Shown: positions 61,419 to 64,000 of the stretch, in pieces
Position numbering within the stretch: position 1 is the stretch's first letter
Layout: each line of letters begins with the position of its first letter
NCBI GenBank assembly: GCA_963764725.1
Contig: CAVXTM010000012.1
Coordinates: forward strand, 288,001 to 352,000
Length of the DNA: 64,000 bases
Direction of reading: 5' to 3'
From: an uncultured Gammaproteobacteria bacterium
Lineage (GTDB): Bacteria > Pseudomonadota > Gammaproteobacteria > JACCXJ01
Position numbers and translations under genes: made by a program
Notes under the pieces: generated by a model
The model's database searches: none
Told to the model about the DNA's origin: nothing
The model's input: only the letters and a program-made list of their open reading frames with translations

Positions 61419-64000
61419 GCCAAGGACGCTCGTTGAATGCTGGGTTTGTGAGCTAGGCTTCCAGTGGCATCGTCTTGGACCCCGGGGGAGGTGTGCGGCG
61501 CCCTTCGCGCCTCGGCCAGGCAGATCTTCATTTGTTCGGCCAGCGGCCCGACATAAGGATCTTGAAACAGTTCGACATGCATGCCTGGGACCAGGCGATG
61601 GGTTGCTTGCGCGGCAAGCCGGGACCAGGCGTTTTGAATTTCGCGGCGCCGCACCTCGTCCATATCGTCGGCCGCCCAGATAAACCAGATCTTGCCGGCA
61701 TAGGCTCTCGGCACATAGTTCTTTTTCGCGCGCCGATGCGAATCAATAGTATAGCGCGACAAAAGACCGCGCGACAAAGGCAGTCTGCACGCCAGGAAAA
61801 TAGGAAGCGCGATTCTCCTACAGAGGACGTTCAACCCGTACCACACACGCGCCCACACATAGGCGAGCTGCTCGATGACATTTTTATTGACCAGGCTGCG
61901 TAAATGCCTTTCGACACGGTTGCGAGAACGATCGCGTGCCATTGGCGTCTTCGGCGGTGGGGGATCGATCAACACCAGCGCCGCGATCTCTTCGCCTTGG
62001 GCGAGCAACTGCTGCGCCATTTCCAGCGCGATCAGCGTCGACACGCAGTCACTGCTCAAATAATAAGGTCCGTGCGGCTGTACCTTGCGCAGGTGAGTCA
62101 GATTAAAAGCGGCCATTTCTTCAATGCGCGTCATGCGCATCTGCCTCGGGTCCCAGTGAGAGCTGATTCCGTACAGACGCTGATCAGGCCCGAGGCAGCG
62201 GCACAACTCGCGCAGCATCAGTTGCGATGCCCAGCCATACACTGAATAGCGGCGGGGTCGTGCCGTGGGGGTTGAGCGGCACGATCACATCCGAGTCATT
62301 GAGAGAATCTCCCGCCGCCAGGATTCGGCCGATCTGTTCTACGGTCGGTGCCTGGAACAGCGTCGCGACCGACAAACGCCGGCCGCAAGTCTTTTCGATT
62401 TCGGCCAACACGCGCAACACCAGAAACGAATGCCCGCCGAGATCGAAGAAGTTGTCGCGTATGCCAACCTGGTCGAGCTTTAGTACCGAGGCGAAGATCG
62501 CGGCGAGTTGCTGCTCGAGCGTGGTGCGTGGTGCAACGTAAGCCGCTTCGAGTTCCGGCCGAGAATCATCGGGGGCCGGCAAAGCCTTGCGGTCGAGCTT
62601 GCCGTTCGGCGACAAGGGCAGCGCATCGAGTAGAACGAATGCTGAAGGGACCATGTAGTCGGGCAACTTGGCTTGCAGCTGCGCGCGCAGTTCGGCCGTT
62701 AGCTTCGGCTGCTCGCCCGCGTCTGGGGACGCGGCGGCGCCGTCGGCTTTTCGCACCGGAACCAGATAGGCGACGAGCCGTTTGTCGCCGGGCACATCTT
62801 CTCTGGCGAGGACGACGCTCTCGCGCACGTGCGGGTGCTGAGTCAATACCGCTTCGATTTCGCCTAGTTCGATGCGAAAGCCTCTGATCTTGACCTGGTG
62901 GTCGAGCCGGCCCAGATACTCGATCTCGCCCTGCGGCAGGTAGCGCGCCAAATCGCCGGTCTTATACAGCCGCTCGCCGGCATGAAACGGATTCGGGATG
63001 AATTTCTCGGCGGTCAACTCCGCCCGGTTCAGATAACCGCGCGCGAGCCCCACGCCGCCGATGTGGAGCTCGCCCGGCACTCCGATGGGGACCGGCTGCA
63101 GATTACGGTCTAAAATGTAGATCTGGGTGTTGGCGATCGGGTGGCCAATGGGAACGATTTGGTGCTTGCTCGCAGGATCGCACGCCCAGAACGTCACATC
63201 GACGGCGGCCTCGGTCGGCCCATAAAGGTTGTGCAGATCGACTGCCGGAAGGCGCTCGAAAGAGCGTTGCTGGAGGTCGAACGGCAAGGCCTCGCCGCTG
63301 CAGATCACGCGTTTCAGGCTAGTGCAGTTCTGCACCCACCGCTCGTCCAGAAACACCTGCAGCATGGAGGGCACGAAATGCAACGTGGTGATCTCGTGCT
63401 CGATGATGGTGTTGACCAGATAAGCGCTGTCCTGATGCCCGCCGGGGCGCGCCACTACTAACTGCGCGCCGCTCAAAAGCGGCCAGAAGAATTCCCAGAC
63501 CGATACGTCGAAGCTGAAAGGCGTCTTTTGCAGCACTCGGTCGGCGCTGTTCAGCCGATATGCATCCTGCATCCACAACAGGCGATTGACGATGGCGCGA
63601 TGCGTGTTCATCGCGCCCTTCGGCTGGCCGGTGGAGCCGGAGGTGTAGATCACATACGCGAGGTTATCGGGAGCAAGATCAGGACTCGGGTTGCTCACCG
63701 GATAGCCGCTGAAGTCCTCAGCGTCGAGCAGCACAAGCTGGGCGCCGTGCTCGGGCAGTCCGCGCCGCAGGCGTTGCTGCGTGAGTAGCACCGGCGCCTT
63801 GGCATCGCTCAGCATGAACGCGAGCCGCTCTTTCGGATAAGCGGGATCGAGCGGCACGTAAGCGCCACCAGCTTTCAGAATCCCATATAGGCCGACGACC
63901 ATGTCCACCGAGCGTTCAGCGCAGATGGCAACCAGAACGTCGGGACCCATGCCGAGGCCGATCAAATGATGCGCGAGCTGGTTGGCGCGGCTATTCAGTT
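61415..64000 (-). CDS. NRPS terminal module A-PCP-TE; 5' part outside the window; frameshift between PCP and TE near 62243
   Basis: A-domain cores YTSGSTGQPKG, FSFDVS, NLYGPTE, YKTGD, GRLDHQVKIRGFRIELGEIE, NGKLDR; PCP FFDLGGHS; TE GPYYLSSDCVST...LVLID...PGMH in the adjacent frame. Confidence 0.93.

Overview
GC-rich bacterial DNA, most consistent with a free-living gammaproteobacterium (mutH, fmdB-aspS-nadA-yebC, class I phaC, Lpp/OprI-type lipoprotein). (1) 1-2.6 kb: a lower-GC defence-like spot. It holds an N-terminal nuclease + STAND NTPase (Avs/NLR-like) gene that runs off the left edge and is missing from the ORF track, plus a Uma2 nuclease. (2) 2.8-30.9 kb: mostly core genes (recD2, arsS-like radical SAM, M48 protease, nitroreductase, hslR, moaB, L,D-transpeptidase + lipoprotein, aminotransferase, HNH, mazG, phaC, folE2, mutH, yebC, nadA, aspS, tRNA-Lys). 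This part also has a JAB / ubiquitin-like::rhodanese::E1 fusion / cysteine synthase operon, a candidate sigma54-dependent anti-SD sRNA, IS5-type MITEs and a decayed patch at 22.8-25.7 kb. (3) 30.9-64 kb: a mosaic, IS-scarred polysaccharide island starting right after tRNA-Lys. It contains a Wzy-like gene, sulfotransferases, an arylsulfotransferase, three mosaic clan GH-A hydrolase paralogues (one under a c-di-GMP-I riboswitch), glycosyltransferases, an epimerase, a sugar C-methyltransferase, Wza-like and beta-barrel export genes, and a Ser-type NRPS module + PPTase + DUF4910. Several otherwise intact genes carry single-base indels, often in short homopolymers, so some frameshifts may be assembly errors. 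All calls come from reading motifs by eye; no database search was run.
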